Assembly: GCA_016875715.1 (NCBI GenBank)
Contig: VGOZ01000001.1
Span: 41,690-105,689, forward strand
Direction: 5' to 3'
DNA from: Chloroflexota bacterium
GTDB lineage: Bacteria; Chloroflexota; UBA6077; FW602-bin22
DNA: 64,000 nt
Each line of letters opens with the position of its first letter. Position 1 is the first letter of the stretch. Below, piece by piece: positions 43,954 through 52,755 of the stretch. The translations under genes and the position numbers were made by a program. Under the pieces are notes generated by a model. The model searched no databases, was not told the origin of the DNA, and was given only the letters and a program-made list of their open reading frames with translations.

Positions 43954-44004
43954 GACGTCAGCGCTCCGGTTTTCGAGGAAGTTGGCCGACTATATACCCG
44001 CGCA

Positions 44005-44865
44005 ATGAGGTGGGGAGCGACGCTACTCGGGGTGCTGCTGCTTGGCTGCCAGGCAGCGGCCGACCTGTACGCGCCGACCGCGGTTTCCGGTCGGGGGCAA
44101 CCGATCGTGGTCGAATCGGCGAATCGTAGCCGGATCCTCACGGCCGTTGTGACGCCACGCCCGACGCTGACGCCCACGATTGCGCCAATCGCCCAGGTAA
44201 GTCCCAATCCGCCCTTATCGCAGTTCACGCCGCTAGTCCCGTTTCCGGGGCTCTTCCCAACCCTGACCCCGCGTTCCACCGGCTCTCCCACGCCGACGCT
44301 GACCATTCCAGGTACGCCGACTCCGCGCCCCGCGCCCACGCTGCCCACGGGTCCGCGGCTGTTGATCCCGACCGCCACACTCGAACCGCCTGCGACCTCG
44401 ACTCCCCGACCAACCGTCAATGTGGAGGTGCTAGAGGAGACGCGCGTGGCTTCCCTGAAGCCCAGCCCCACCCAGATCCCCATCGACGATCTGGAGCCGA
44501 ATGACACGCCGGCCCTCGCGACTGTCCTCGGTATCGACGAGGAGTTGAGAGGCGCGTTCATCTCGACGTTTGAGGACGTGGACGTCTTCGCGATCGAGGT
44601 TCGCGAGCCGACAGTGGACTTGATCGTCACCGTCAGCGGATCGGCTGCCTACAGCGTGACCATCACGAACCCACGCGGCGACAACGTGGGACGACAGCGC
44701 TTCGAAGGCACCACGGCGGTGCGATCGATCGCCTCGGTCGGGTCTGGCACGGGTACCTATCACGTCGCGGTGCGGAGCCTCGGGCGCAACCTCGCGCCGG
44801 GTCCATACACGATCGTCGCCACCCTCGCCCTGCCGCTGGCGACGCTCACACCGCCTGGCGGATAG
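44005..44865 (+). CDS. secreted/lipoprotein with Pro/Thr linker and C-terminal pre-peptidase C-terminal (PPC)-like domain
   Basis: The internal ATG at 44005 gives MRWGATLLGVLLLGCQAAADL (a lipobox-like LLGC). A linker follows (TPRPTLTPTIAPIA...TPTPRPAPTLPTGP). Then comes LEPNDTPALATVLGIDEELRGAFISTFEDVDVFAIEV (EPND...D.D.F pattern). Confidence 0.6.
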   Translation: MRWGATLLGVLLLGCQAAADLYAPTAVSGRGQPIVVESANRSRILTAVVTPRPTLTPTIAPIAQVSPNPPLSQFTPLVPFPGLFPTLTPRSTGSPTPTLTIPGTPTPRPAPTLPTGPRLLIPTATLEPPATSTPRPTVNVEVLEETRVASLKPSPTQIPIDDLEPNDTPALATVLGIDEELRGAFISTFEDVDVFAIEVREPTVDLIVTVSGSAAYSVTITNPRGDNVGRQRFEGTTAVRSIASVGSGTGTYHVAVRSLGRNLAPGPYTIVATLALPLATLTPPGG

Positions 44866-44919
44866 CGCCTGTTGGGCGGGATGAGTGTCCCGAAATCAGC
44901 CGCGCCGCGGTATCGCGTG

Positions 44920-44948
44920 TTGACACTCATCGGGCGTGGCGATACAGT
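44920..44948 (+). promoter_or_regulatory. candidate sigma70 promoter of the secE-nusG-rplKA cluster
   Basis: TTGACA (44920-44925), a 17-nt spacer, then TACAGT (44943-44948), about 38 nt upstream of the secE ORF start. Confidence 0.5.
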
Positions 44949-44985
44949 CATGTCACGCGGTGGGCCATGAGGCCGCCGCGGTTTT

Positions 44986-45303
44986 TTGAGTGTGACCGAA
45001 CTCGGGAGCCACGAATTGGCGACACGTACCCGCCGCCGCGAAGTGGAGACAGCGACGCCGTCGCCCCTGGCGCGCATCCCCGTTCTGCGCACGCTGGCGA
45101 AGGCGGCCGATCGCGAGAGTCGAATCCGCCGATTCTTTCGCGATATCCGGTCGGAACTGCGTAAGGTTACGTGGCCCACGCGCGATCAGGTCACGCACTT
45201 GACGATCGTCGTCTGCATCGCTTCTGGGATTGTCGGGGCACTCCTGGGCGGCATCGACTTCGCGTTCGGTCTGCTTTTCCGTTACTTGTTGGGGCGGGGG
45301 TAG
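44986..45303 (+). CDS. secE: preprotein translocase subunit SecE
   Basis: It has FFRDIRSELRKVTWPTRDQVTHLTIVVCIASGIVGALLGGIDFAFGLLFRYLL and lies immediately upstream of nusG. The exact start is uncertain. Confidence 0.85.
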   Translation: MSVTELGSHELATRTRRREVETATPSPLARIPVLRTLAKAADRESRIRRFFRDIRSELRKVTWPTRDQVTHLTIVVCIASGIVGALLGGIDFAFGLLFRYLLGRG

Positions 45304-45309
45304 TTAGCC

Positions 45310-45915
45310 ATGGCGTCATCATCGACCCGGGCGACCGCGGCGCAGGCGGTGGCCGCGCCGGTTGAACCCATCGTCATCCACTCGGGGGATCCGGATCGCC
45401 ACTGGTATGTCATCCACACGTACTCTGGCTACGAGAACAAGGTCAAGACGAACCTCGAGCACCGCATTCAGACGATGGATGTCGGCGACCGGATCTTCCA
45501 GGTCGTGATTCCGATGGAAGGGGAGGTCGAGGTCAAGGACGGCCAGCGGCGTACCGTGCAGCGCAAGGTGTTCCCGGGCTACGTCCTCGTCGATATGAAG
45601 CTGGATGACGAGTCGTGGTACGTGGTGCGCAATACGCCGGGCGTCACCGGGTTCGTCGGGTCCGGCACCCGACCCATACCGCTCGAAGAAGCGGAGGTCC
45701 GCAAGATCCTCAAGCAGATGACAGCCGAGGCGCCGCGGGTCAAGATCACCTACAGCAAGGATGAGAGCGTACGCATCATCGATGGTCCGTTTGCCGACTT
45801 CATTGGCGTGGTTAGCGACATCCTGCAGGACAAGGGTAAGGTCCGTGTGATGGTCTCGTTCTTCGGGCGTGAGACGCCGATCGAGCTCGACTTTCTACAG
45901 GTGGAGAAGCTCTAG
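45310..45915 (+). CDS. nusG: transcription termination/antitermination factor NusG
   Basis: It has [23 protein letters not shown] (NGN domain) and a C-terminal KOW ([40 protein letters not shown]). Confidence 0.95.
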   Translation: MASSSTRATAAQAVAAPVEPIVIHSGDPDRHWYVIHTYSGYENKVKTNLEHRIQTMDVGDRIFQVVIPMEGEVEVKDGQRRTVQRKVFPGYVLVDMKLDDESWYVVRNTPGVTGFVGSGTRPIPLEEAEVRKILKQMTAEAPRVKITYSKDESVRIIDGPFADFIGVVSDILQDKGKVRVMVSFFGRETPIELDFLQVEKL

Positions 45916-45920
45916 CCCCT

Positions 45921-46343
45921 ATGGCCAAGAAGATTCGCGCGATCGTCACCCTCCAACTCATGGCCGGGAAGGCGACGCCCGCGCCGCCTGTCGGCCCCGC
46001 TCTGGGACAGCACGGTCTGAACCTGATGGCGTTCGTCAAGGAGTACAACGAACGTACCGCCGGTCAGGCCGGGTCGATCATACCCGCGCAGGTAACCGTC
46101 TTCGAGGATCGCTCCTTCACGTTCATCCTCAAGACTCCACCGGCGGCCGACCTTCTGCGCAAGGCTGCGGGGGTCGAGCGCGGCTCGGGCAAGCCCAATT
46201 CCGAGACTGTCGGTACGGTATCGCGAAGCGCATTGAGAGAGATTGCCGAGACCAAGATGCGCGATCTCAATGCGATCGATATCGAGGGCGCCGAGAAGAT
46301 GATCGCGGGGACCGCGCGGTCGATGGGCATCAAGATCGAGTAA
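45921..46343 (+). CDS. rplK: 50S ribosomal protein L11
   Basis: [43 protein letters not shown] is the canonical L11 N-terminus. Confidence 0.97.
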   Translation: MAKKIRAIVTLQLMAGKATPAPPVGPALGQHGLNLMAFVKEYNERTAGQAGSIIPAQVTVFEDRSFTFILKTPPAADLLRKAAGVERGSGKPNSETVGTVSRSALREIAETKMRDLNAIDIEGAEKMIAGTARSMGIKIE

Positions 46344-46413
46344 GCGAGGGCCTGGATCGGGCGGGAGAGGTGTGCAGAGCGCCTCGCAATGACCGCGATG
46401 GAGGGATCAGAAC

Positions 46414-47133
46414 GTGACACACGCGCGCGGCAAGAAGTATCTCGAGGCGGCCAAACTCGTCGACTCGACGCGACATTATGCGCCTGACGAAGCGATTGCG
46501 CTGGCGAAGAAGGGGTCATACACGTCGTTTGACGGTACGATCGAGGCACACCTGCGCATGGGAGTGGATCCGCGGCACGCCGATCAGCAGGTGCGCGGGG
46601 TAGCATCGCTTCCGAACGGGCTCGGCAAGAAGGTTCGCGTCCTCGTGTTCGCGCAGGGTGACTCCGTGCGTCAGGCTGAGGCAGCCGGGGCAGATCACGT
46701 GGGTGCGGACGATCTGATCAAGCAAATCGAGGGAGGGTTCCTCGACTTCGATATCGCGATCGCGACCCCGGACATGATGGGTCGTGTCGGCCGTCTCGGG
46801 AAGATCCTGGGTCGGCGTGGCCTGATGCCCAACCCGAAGTCGGGAACCGTCGTGCAGCCGCAGGACATCGCCCGTGCGGTCAACGAGGCGCGGAAGGGAC
46901 GAGTGGAATTCCGCCTGGACCGTACGGCGATCATGCACGTGCCGATTGGCAAGGCAAGCTTCGCGGATGGCGCTCTTCTGGAAAACCTCTCGGCCCTGGT
47001 GGATGCAGTGGTGAAAGCGCGCCCCAGCGGTGCGAAGGGCCAGTACATCCGCTCGATCGCGCTCTGCGCGACCATGGGCCCCGGCGTCAAGATGGACGTC
47101 AACGCGACGACGGCGCTGGCCACCGCGAGTTAG
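46414..47133 (+). CDS. rplA: 50S ribosomal protein L1
   Basis: It has [12 protein letters not shown]...[24 protein letters not shown]...[21 protein letters not shown]. Confidence 0.97.
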   Translation: MTHARGKKYLEAAKLVDSTRHYAPDEAIALAKKGSYTSFDGTIEAHLRMGVDPRHADQQVRGVASLPNGLGKKVRVLVFAQGDSVRQAEAAGADHVGADDLIKQIEGGFLDFDIAIATPDMMGRVGRLGKILGRRGLMPNPKSGTVVQPQDIARAVNEARKGRVEFRLDRTAIMHVPIGKASFADGALLENLSALVDAVVKARPSGAKGQYIRSIALCATMGPGVKMDVNATTALATAS

Positions 47134-47140
47134 CCTTCCT

Positions 47141-47289
47141 TATACTTGAGTGAGATTCCGCCGAAGATAGCGGGTGCGCTCAAGCGAGCGCTCAATATCC
47201 CGCCGAGGTGGGGCCCGATCGACACCGCTTCCCGTGGGGGCGGCGTGGCGATTTTGCCCCGTCCTCGCCGGTAGGCAGGGGGGCAGGGA
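47141..47289 (+). promoter_or_regulatory. candidate rplJL promoter (-10 TATACT at 47141-47146) and L10-leader-type 5' UTR
   Basis: An AT-rich TATACT lies just after the rplA stop in GC-rich DNA. A roughly 140-nt untranslated stretch follows, with local stems such as GCGCTC-aagc-GAGCGC, in the position where ribosomal L10 leaders occur. I did not model the structure. Confidence 0.35.
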
Positions 47290-47814
47290 GTGCCGACACA
47301 CCGCAAAGCAGATCTCATCGGCGAAATCGCCGATCTGTTCGCGAAGTCTGAGGTGGCGATCCTCTCGGACTATCGCGGCATCTCGGTTGCTCAGGTGGGG
47401 CAGTTGCGCGCGACGCTCCGCCCGACTGGCGCTCGCTTCCGGGTTGTCAAGAACACCTTGACGCGGATCGCCGCGGCGCGGGCGGGACTCTCCGGGGTAG
47501 ATGAGATCCTGGCTGGGCCGACTGCGGTCACGTTCACGGGTGAGGATGTCGGCGCCTCGGCACGCGCCCTGCGCGACGCTCTTCGCACCATGCCCATGCT
47601 CGAACTGAAGGGTGCGATCGTGTCCGGCCGTCTCGTACCCGCCGAGGCGGCACGGCAATTGGCCGACCTGCCGGGCAAATCGACGCTTCAGGCCGAACTC
47701 GCGGGCGCGATTCAGGGCCCGCTGACCAAATTCGTGGGTGTTCTGAACGACGCGATCTCGAACCTCGTGTACGTGCTGGAGGCGCGTGCCGAGAAGGTGG
47801 AGTCCGCGGCGTGA
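47290..47814 (+). CDS. rplJ: 50S ribosomal protein L10
   Basis: It has [39 protein letters not shown]...RFRVVKNTL. Confidence 0.95.
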   Translation: MPTHRKADLIGEIADLFAKSEVAILSDYRGISVAQVGQLRATLRPTGARFRVVKNTLTRIAAARAGLSGVDEILAGPTAVTFTGEDVGASARALRDALRTMPMLELKGAIVSGRLVPAEAARQLADLPGKSTLQAELAGAIQGPLTKFVGVLNDAISNLVYVLEARAEKVESAA

Positions 47815-47851
47815 GTGTCACGATTCCGGGCGATTGAGAGGAGACGTAACA

Positions 47852-48244
47852 ATGGCAAGTGAGAAGGTTCAGGCGATTATCGACCAGTTGAACACGCTTA
47901 GCGTGCTCGAGATCTCGGAGCTCTCCAAGGCGTTGCAGGAGGCCTGGGGTGTCACTGCGGCGGCGCCGGTCGCGGTCGCGGCGGTCGCCGCAGCACCAGG
48001 TGCGGCCGCGGCTGCGCCGGTCGTCGAGGAGCAGACCGAGTTCACGGTGATCCTCAAGGAGATCGGTCCGAACAAGATCAACGTGATCAAGGTCGTGCGG
48101 GAACTCACCGCGCTCGGGCTGAAGGAAGCCAAGGACTTCGTCGAGGCCGCGCCGAAGAACGTCAAGGAAGGCGTGAACAAGGACGAGGCCGAGGCCACGA
48201 AGAAGAAGCTCGAGGAAGCGGGGGCAGTCGCCGAGATCAAGTGA
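47852..48244 (+). CDS. rplL: 50S ribosomal protein L7/L12
   Basis: The ATG at 47852 follows GAGAGGAGA. The sequence is [34 protein letters not shown], an Ala-rich hinge, then [24 protein letters not shown]. The longer ORF-track start is rejected. Confidence 0.97.
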   Translation: MASEKVQAIIDQLNTLSVLEISELSKALQEAWGVTAAAPVAVAAVAAAPGAAAAAPVVEEQTEFTVILKEIGPNKINVIKVVRELTALGLKEAKDFVEAAPKNVKEGVNKDEAEATKKKLEEAGAVAEIK

Positions 48245-48249
48245 TTCCG

Positions 48250-48282
48250 GTCGGGAACCCGGTAAGGCTCCGGGTTCCCGAC
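48250..48282. terminator. bidirectional stem-loop between convergent rplL and cdd
   Basis: GTCGGGAACCCGG - taaggct - CCGGGTTCCCGAC is a perfect 13-bp inverted repeat. It lies 6 nt after the rplL stop and 2 nt from the cdd stop. There is no U-tract. Confidence 0.6.
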
Positions 48283-48283
48283 G

Positions 48284-48706
48284 TCAGTCGCCCGACAGCA
48301 GCGACTCGGGGCCGAATGACTCCGGTAAGAGTTCGGCCAACGATACGGCCCTTCTTCGGCCATCAGTCGACGCCAGAAGGATCGTCAGATCGGGGGAGAA
48401 CTCCCGAATCACCTGGCGGCAGGCCCCACACGGTGATGTGAGTGTGGGGGCCGCCGTCACGACGGCCATCATCCTGAAGCGCCGGTGTCCGGCAGCGATC
48501 GCGGCGAAGATGGCAGTGCGCTCCGCGCAGATGGTGAGTCCGTACGATGCGTTCTCGACGTTGGCTCCGGTCACGATCGCCCCGTCCTGGAGGAGGAGCG
48601 CTGCCCCAACGAAAAAGTGGGAGTAGGGCGCATACGCACGCAGCCGTGCCTCGGCCGCGGCGTCTATCAGACGATCGAGCGCGTCCTCGGGCAGGCGACC
48701 GCTCAC
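48284..48706 (-). CDS. cdd: cytidine deaminase
   Basis: It has the zinc motifs CAERTAIFAAIAAG and PCGACRQVIREF. Confidence 0.9.
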   Translation of the reverse strand: MSGRLPEDALDRLIDAAAEARLRAYAPYSHFFVGAALLLQDGAIVTGANVENASYGLTICAERTAIFAAIAAGHRRFRMMAVVTAAPTLTSPCGACRQVIREFSPDLTILLASTDGRRRAVSLAELLPESFGPESLLSGD

Positions 48707-49986
48707 TCGCGTTCGGGCGAGGCTCCGGCTGCCTCGGCCGCTGTATGGCGAATGCGGATCTTGCGCACGCGGCGTCCGTCGATCTGGTCCACCCGCAGTT
48801 CGGCGCCGTTGATTTCGACGACGTCACCGTGAGCGAGGAGTCTCCCGAGTCGCTCCGACATCAGTCCACCGATGGTGTCGACATCCTCGCCGCGCAGAGC
48901 GAGGTGTAAGGCGTCGTTCACTTCATCGATCGACACCGAGGCGTCGACGAGTGTTTCATCGCTTCCGAGCTGAATGATCTTCATCTCCTCGTGGTCGAAC
49001 TCATCCTGGATCTCGCCCACGATCTCCTCGAGTAGATCCTCGATCGTCACGATCCCGGCGGTACCGCCGAATTCGTCGATCACGATGGCTATGTGCACGC
49101 GCTGGCGCCGCAAGTCGCGTAGAAGCTCGTCGGTCTTCTTGGTCTCCGGAACAAAGAGCGCCGGCCGGACCAGATCGCCGATCGGGCGCGACATCGCGTC
49201 CGGATCGAAGTGCTTGAGCAGATCCTTGGCGTACAGGATGCCCGCGATCTCATCGATCGAGGCCCGATACACCGGAAGACGAGAGTAACCGACGTCGGAG
49301 ATCACGCTGAGCGCGGCCGCGACGGTCGTCGACGCCGGAAGCGCCGTGACGTCGACCCGCGGAACCATCACCTCGCGGACCGACGTGCGATCCAGTTCGA
49401 TGATCGAATGGATCATCTCCTGCTCCTCCGGCTCGATTGCGCCGGCCGCGAGCGCAGCCGTGGCCTGCGTTTGCAGGTCATCCGCTGTCGGCGGCTGACG
49501 CGCTCCATCCTGGGGAACTCCGGCTCCGCGAAAGATGGGGCCGGTCATCATCGAGAGGACGACCGCCAGGGGACCGGTCACAACGTTGACGACTTGATAG
49601 AGCCTCGACGTCGTCGCGAGAGTACGCTCCGGGCTCGTTAGAGCGATCACACGGCCGAACGCCTGGGTGGCGACAAGCAAGAGGACCAAACCCGTCACCG
49701 CGGCGGCTTGCGAGACGGCGAAATCCACCCCCTCAATCGGCGCGCCAGACGCGCTCAACCCGGCGAAGACGGTGCCCACCGCCGCGAACGTCCGCGCGAT
49801 GTGGGAGGAGAAGAGATGACGGCCGGGATGCTCGATCAGGGCTGTCACGCGGCGCCGCTCGACCTCATCTTCTGCCCCGCGGGCGATTGCGGGACCGCGG
49901 CTCAGCGTGGTGAGCGCGGTCTCCATCGCGTACAGCGCGGCTCCCAAGGTGACGAGGAGGAGTGCCGCAACGGCTGCGATCATCAT
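48703..49986 (-). CDS. hemolysin-family / CNNM (DUF21)-CBS-CorC_HlyC membrane protein
   Basis: There are N-terminal TM helices and a CBS pair ([14 protein letters not shown]...YSRLPVY...GILYAKDLL). It also has [31 protein letters not shown] and a CorC_HlyC-like tail. Confidence 0.85.
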   Translation of the reverse strand: MMIAAVAALLLVTLGAALYAMETALTTLSRGPAIARGAEDEVERRRVTALIEHPGRHLFSSHIARTFAAVGTVFAGLSASGAPIEGVDFAVSQAAAVTGLVLLLVATQAFGRVIALTSPERTLATTSRLYQVVNVVTGPLAVVLSMMTGPIFRGAGVPQDGARQPPTADDLQTQATAALAAGAIEPEEQEMIHSIIELDRTSVREVMVPRVDVTALPASTTVAAALSVISDVGYSRLPVYRASIDEIAGILYAKDLLKHFDPDAMSRPIGDLVRPALFVPETKKTDELLRDLRRQRVHIAIVIDEFGGTAGIVTIEDLLEEIVGEIQDEFDHEEMKIIQLGSDETLVDASVSIDEVNDALHLALRGEDVDTIGGLMSERLGRLLAHGDVVEINGAELRVDQIDGRRVRKIRIRHTAAEAAGASPERE

Positions 49987-50020
49987 CCGCGCCGGCTTAT
50001 CGACGCGCTAGTCGGCGCGA

Positions 50021-50050
50021 CCAGGCGATGCGCGTTGCGCGATCGCCTGG
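50021..50050 (-). terminator. strong hairpin between ispE stop and the CNNM gene start (terminator/attenuator candidate)
   Basis: CCAGGCGATGCGC-gtt-GCGCGATCGCCTGG forms a 13-bp stem with one bulge. Confidence 0.35.
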
Positions 50051-50077
50051 CGGAACCTTGGTCGTGCGGATCCACCT

Positions 50078-50944
50078 TCACTCCGCGGTGACGAAGCCCT
50101 CCGTCGTCCGCGCGAGGAAAATCCTAGCCTCAGGGATCACCGCGGTCAACCGGCTGGCGATGGTCTGCGCCTCGGCGGCGTCGTCGAAACCCGTGAAGAG
50201 CGTGGGTCCCGCGCCACTCAGACGGGTCCAGCGCGCGCCCGCGCGAAGCAACGCCGCACGAAACGCAGGGAGTCCGGGGAACAATTCGTCTGCAATCGTC
50301 TCGAAGGCGTTCGGCGCGTCCTTCAGGGCGTCGGTCCGCCCGTGGGCGAGTTCGCGGGCGATCTCCTCGGTCTGCCGGCCAGACGTGTGAGCGCCGGTCG
50401 CGAGGAGGCCGTACGCGCGAGCGGTCTTGTGCGGAACGCGGTAGTGGGGCGTGACGCCAACCATCCAAAGGCTGGGAGTCTGTATGCGGTTCAGCGCGTC
50501 GCCGGTGCCACGGGCGAGCGCGGTACCGCCGCGCAGCAGAAACGGGACGTCGGCGCCGAGACCTCGCGCCAGGTCATCCAGGGCGCCTCGGTAAGCCCAG
50601 AGTCGCGCGAGCCCCCGGAGCGCGGCCGCGGCGTCGGCGCTCCCGCCGCCGAGGCCGGCGGCGACGGGGATCCGTTTCCGAACTTCGATCCGCGCAGCGG
50701 GCTCCGCCCCCGCTCGACTCGCCAGGGCATGCGCGGCGCGGACAACCAGATTGTCTGGACCATCCAGGGCTGCGTCGTCGATCTCCAGACTCAGGGTCTG
50801 GGCGCGGCCCATCGCGATCTCGTCCACGAGGTCGATCGTCTGAAAGACCGTCGCGATCTCGTGGTATCCGTCCGCGCGACGCCGCACGACCTCGAGCGTC
50901 AGATTGAGCTTGGCCTCGGCGCGCTCGCGGATGGTCTCGATCAC
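50078..50944 (-). CDS. ispE: 4-(cytidine 5'-diphospho)-2-C-methyl-D-erythritol kinase
   Basis: It has KLNLTLEVVRRRADGYHEIATVFQTIDL and the GHMP motif PVAAGLGGGSADAAAAL. The GTG at 50944 overlaps the rsmA stop (GTGA). Confidence 0.9.
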   Translation of the reverse strand: MIETIRERAEAKLNLTLEVVRRRADGYHEIATVFQTIDLVDEIAMGRAQTLSLEIDDAALDGPDNLVVRAAHALASRAGAEPAARIEVRKRIPVAAGLGGGSADAAAALRGLARLWAYRGALDDLARGLGADVPFLLRGGTALARGTGDALNRIQTPSLWMVGVTPHYRVPHKTARAYGLLATGAHTSGRQTEEIARELAHGRTDALKDAPNAFETIADELFPGLPAFRAALLRAGARWTRLSGAGPTLFTGFDDAAEAQTIASRLTAVIPEARIFLARTTEGFVTAE

Positions 50945-51864
50945 AGGGCTCCGCGGCTCGCAAGGACGCGCGCCAGCAAAGCCCACTCTGAAAGGGTGAC
51001 GGTCTGAGCCCGGCGTGTGGGATCGATGCCGACTTCGGCGAGCGCGTCGACCGCGCCGCCGGGCGGAAACCAGATTGCGCGGGCCAGCGCGTTGTGCAGT
51101 TGCTTGCGCGGCATGGCGAAGCCTGCCGCCACGGTTTTGAAGAACGGGTCGGGGGGGACGTCGACGCGCGGCGTGGGCAGCACGTCGATGGTCAGGATGG
51201 CGGAATCGACGTCGGGTCTCGGGTAGAACGCATCCGCGGGGACGATCCCGGCGATGCGCGGATCGCCGTAGTACTGCACGCTCACCGCCAGCATGCTGAG
51301 GTGAGGGGGCTGGCTGGCGATGCGCTCCGCGACCTCGCGCTGGACCATCACGGTAATGCGCTGTGGTGCTGGCCGCGCCTCGAGGAACCGACGCAGCAGG
51401 CTTGATGTCAGGTAATAGGGAATATTCGCGACGACGTGGTACGGCGGGGAAAGAAGTTCCGCGACCTCGATCTGCAGCGCGTCGCCCGAGACGATCTTGA
51501 CCCGGGCATCATCGCGGAAGCGATCGCGGAGTAGGCCGACCAAGCCGGTATCCAGTTCGATCGCGACGACGCCGGGGGCCGATCCGGCCAGCGCCTCCGT
51601 GAGGATGCCCAGGCCAGGACCGATTTCGAGGATCGGAATCGCGGGATCGACCCGGGCGGCCGCGAGAATCTGCTGCAGGACCTGCGTGTCGACGAGGAAG
51701 TTCTGCCCCAGTCGCCGATTGGGCGCCAATCCGTGGCGCCGCAGGAGCGACCGGACGTCGCCGGAGAGGCCGGCACCGCCCTCATCGGTTGCGCCGGCGC
51801 GGCGAGGTTCGGCCGGACGTCGCCTCGCCGCGCTCGTTCGAGGAGTCAAGGAGTGGCCGTGCAC
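50941..51864 (-). CDS. rsmA: 16S rRNA (adenine1518/1519-N6)-dimethyltransferase RsmA/KsgA
   Basis: It has LGQNFLVD, ILEIGPGLGILTE and VVANIPYYLTS. The ORF-track GTG start (51864) overlaps the SRP RNA 3' stem. The in-frame TTG at 51849 is a more likely start. Confidence 0.9.
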   Translation of the reverse strand: MHGHSLTPRTSAARRRPAEPRRAGATDEGGAGLSGDVRSLLRRHGLAPNRRLGQNFLVDTQVLQQILAAARVDPAIPILEIGPGLGILTEALAGSAPGVVAIELDTGLVGLLRDRFRDDARVKIVSGDALQIEVAELLSPPYHVVANIPYYLTSSLLRRFLEARPAPQRITVMVQREVAERIASQPPHLSMLAVSVQYYGDPRIAGIVPADAFYPRPDVDSAILTIDVLPTPRVDVPPDPFFKTVAAGFAMPRKQLHNALARAIWFPPGGAVDALAEVGIDPTRRAQTVTLSEWALLARVLASRGAL

Positions 51865-52125
51865 CTCCCGTCGATCGCGTCTCGCGGTGGCGTGCGCGGT
51901 AGCTCGCTCAGATTGGGTTGCCCCACGACACCCGGAAGAGACCGCTTACCGTTGCTTCCTTCCGAACCTGGCGGGGTTCACAGGCTTCCGCCGTGTGGGA
52001 CCCGATCCTCAACACTGCTTGCCGCACACGTACCTGGAGCGTTTGACCTCGGGGAGGAATTCAACCCCGCTATAGCGGATTTCACGGGTACAGGGTACCG
52101 CTAATCCCCGTCTAGCACGGCCGGA
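51855..52125 (-). ncRNA. ffs: signal recognition particle RNA, large Bacillus-type with Alu domain (ends +/- about 5 nt)
   Basis: - The minus strand reads CCGGCCGUGCUAGACGGGGAUUAGCGGUACCCUGUACCCGUGAAAUCCGCUAUAGCGGGG (Alu-domain consensus as in B. subtilis scRNA).
- It then reads ...AACCCCGCCAGGUUCGGAAGGAAGCAACGGUAAG (domain IV GGAA loop / AGCA motif).
- It ends ...GAUCGACGGGAGGUGCACGGCC. The 5' GGCCGUGC pairs with the 3' GCACGGCC. Confidence 0.88.
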
Positions 52126-52731
52126 TCAATGGTATGGGCGAGTCGCTCCGCCAAACAACGTTGCGGCCCGCTCGTACTCTTCCGGCGTGTTCAGATTCAC
52201 GAGAACGAGTGGATCATCGATCTCGACATCCAGGATGCAGCCGGCGTGGGCGCGCAACAGCGATTTCATCCCCTCGCGAGCCTCGCTCACCGCGGCGAGT
52301 TCGTTGAGCAGCGCACCGGCGAAGGCGGTGGGATGGCCGTGCGCGCCGTGGTAGACAGCCCGCGCGATCAAAGCATGTCGGGTGCTCCGAGAGGTGAGGA
52401 CCTGGCGGTGGATCGAAGGGTCGCGTGGTTGATCGACGCTGCTCACCAGGACTGCGGTCGCGGTCCGGTCGATCGCGCGTGCTGCCGTGGCGATGCTCGT
52501 CGCGCGCCCGTCGCGGTACCGATCGTTGAGGACGATCTGGACGGGATAGGGCTCGACAATCGGCCGCAGACGATCAGCATCCGCCCCGAGCACGACATAG
52601 AGGCGGTCCACGGCCGCAAGCAAGCTGCGCGTGCAGTCCTCGATCAGCGTCGTCCCGCGCCACGGTAGGAGCATCTTCGGTCGCCCCATCCGTGTGGACT
52701 CGCCAGCGGCCAGAAGGACGCCCGCCTCCAT
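52126..52731 (-). CDS. MobA/MocA-like nucleotidyltransferase (molybdenum cofactor cytidylyl/guanylyltransferase family)
   Basis: It has GVLLAAGESTRMGRPKMLLPW plus VSSVDQP. The stop abuts the SRP RNA 5' end. Confidence 0.75.
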   Translation of the reverse strand: MEAGVLLAAGESTRMGRPKMLLPWRGTTLIEDCTRSLLAAVDRLYVVLGADADRLRPIVEPYPVQIVLNDRYRDGRATSIATAARAIDRTATAVLVSSVDQPRDPSIHRQVLTSRSTRHALIARAVYHGAHGHPTAFAGALLNELAAVSEAREGMKSLLRAHAGCILDVEIDDPLVLVNLNTPEEYERAATLFGGATRPYH

Positions 52732-52737
52732 CCGCCG

Positions 52738-52747
52738 ATTCTAGAAT
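52738..52747. promoter_or_regulatory. perfect palindrome ATTCTAGAAT giving a TAGAAT -10 hexamer in both directions (divergent, apparently leaderless promoters)
   Basis: On the plus strand, TAGAAT (52742-52747) lies 8 nt before the GTG at 52756 (cca). On the minus strand, TAGAAT (52743..52738) lies 6 nt before the ATG at 52731. The whole intergenic region is 24 nt. Confidence 0.5.
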
Positions 52748-52755
52748 CGTCACCT

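Noticed and set aside
43429-44004. The long N-terminal extension of the 478-aa ORF 43429..44865. The same applies to the 57796..57984 extension of the carboxypeptidase ORF, the 27192..27461 extension of gene C and the 34597..34683 extension of gene A.
   Set aside because: The extensions overlap oppositely oriented or upstream genes and look non-coding. Internal starts give proper signal peptides or 4-nt coupled overlaps.
44866-44985. An expected tRNA (often tRNA-Trp) upstream of secE. I also scanned the other intergenic regions (36424-36530, 41336-41487, 47134-47289) for tRNA-like T-arm or acceptor patterns.
   Set aside because: I found no GGTTCGAATCC-type T-loop or cloverleaf-compatible arms by eye. 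The region instead holds a good TTGACA-17-TACAGT promoter. A tRNAscan-SE run would settle it.
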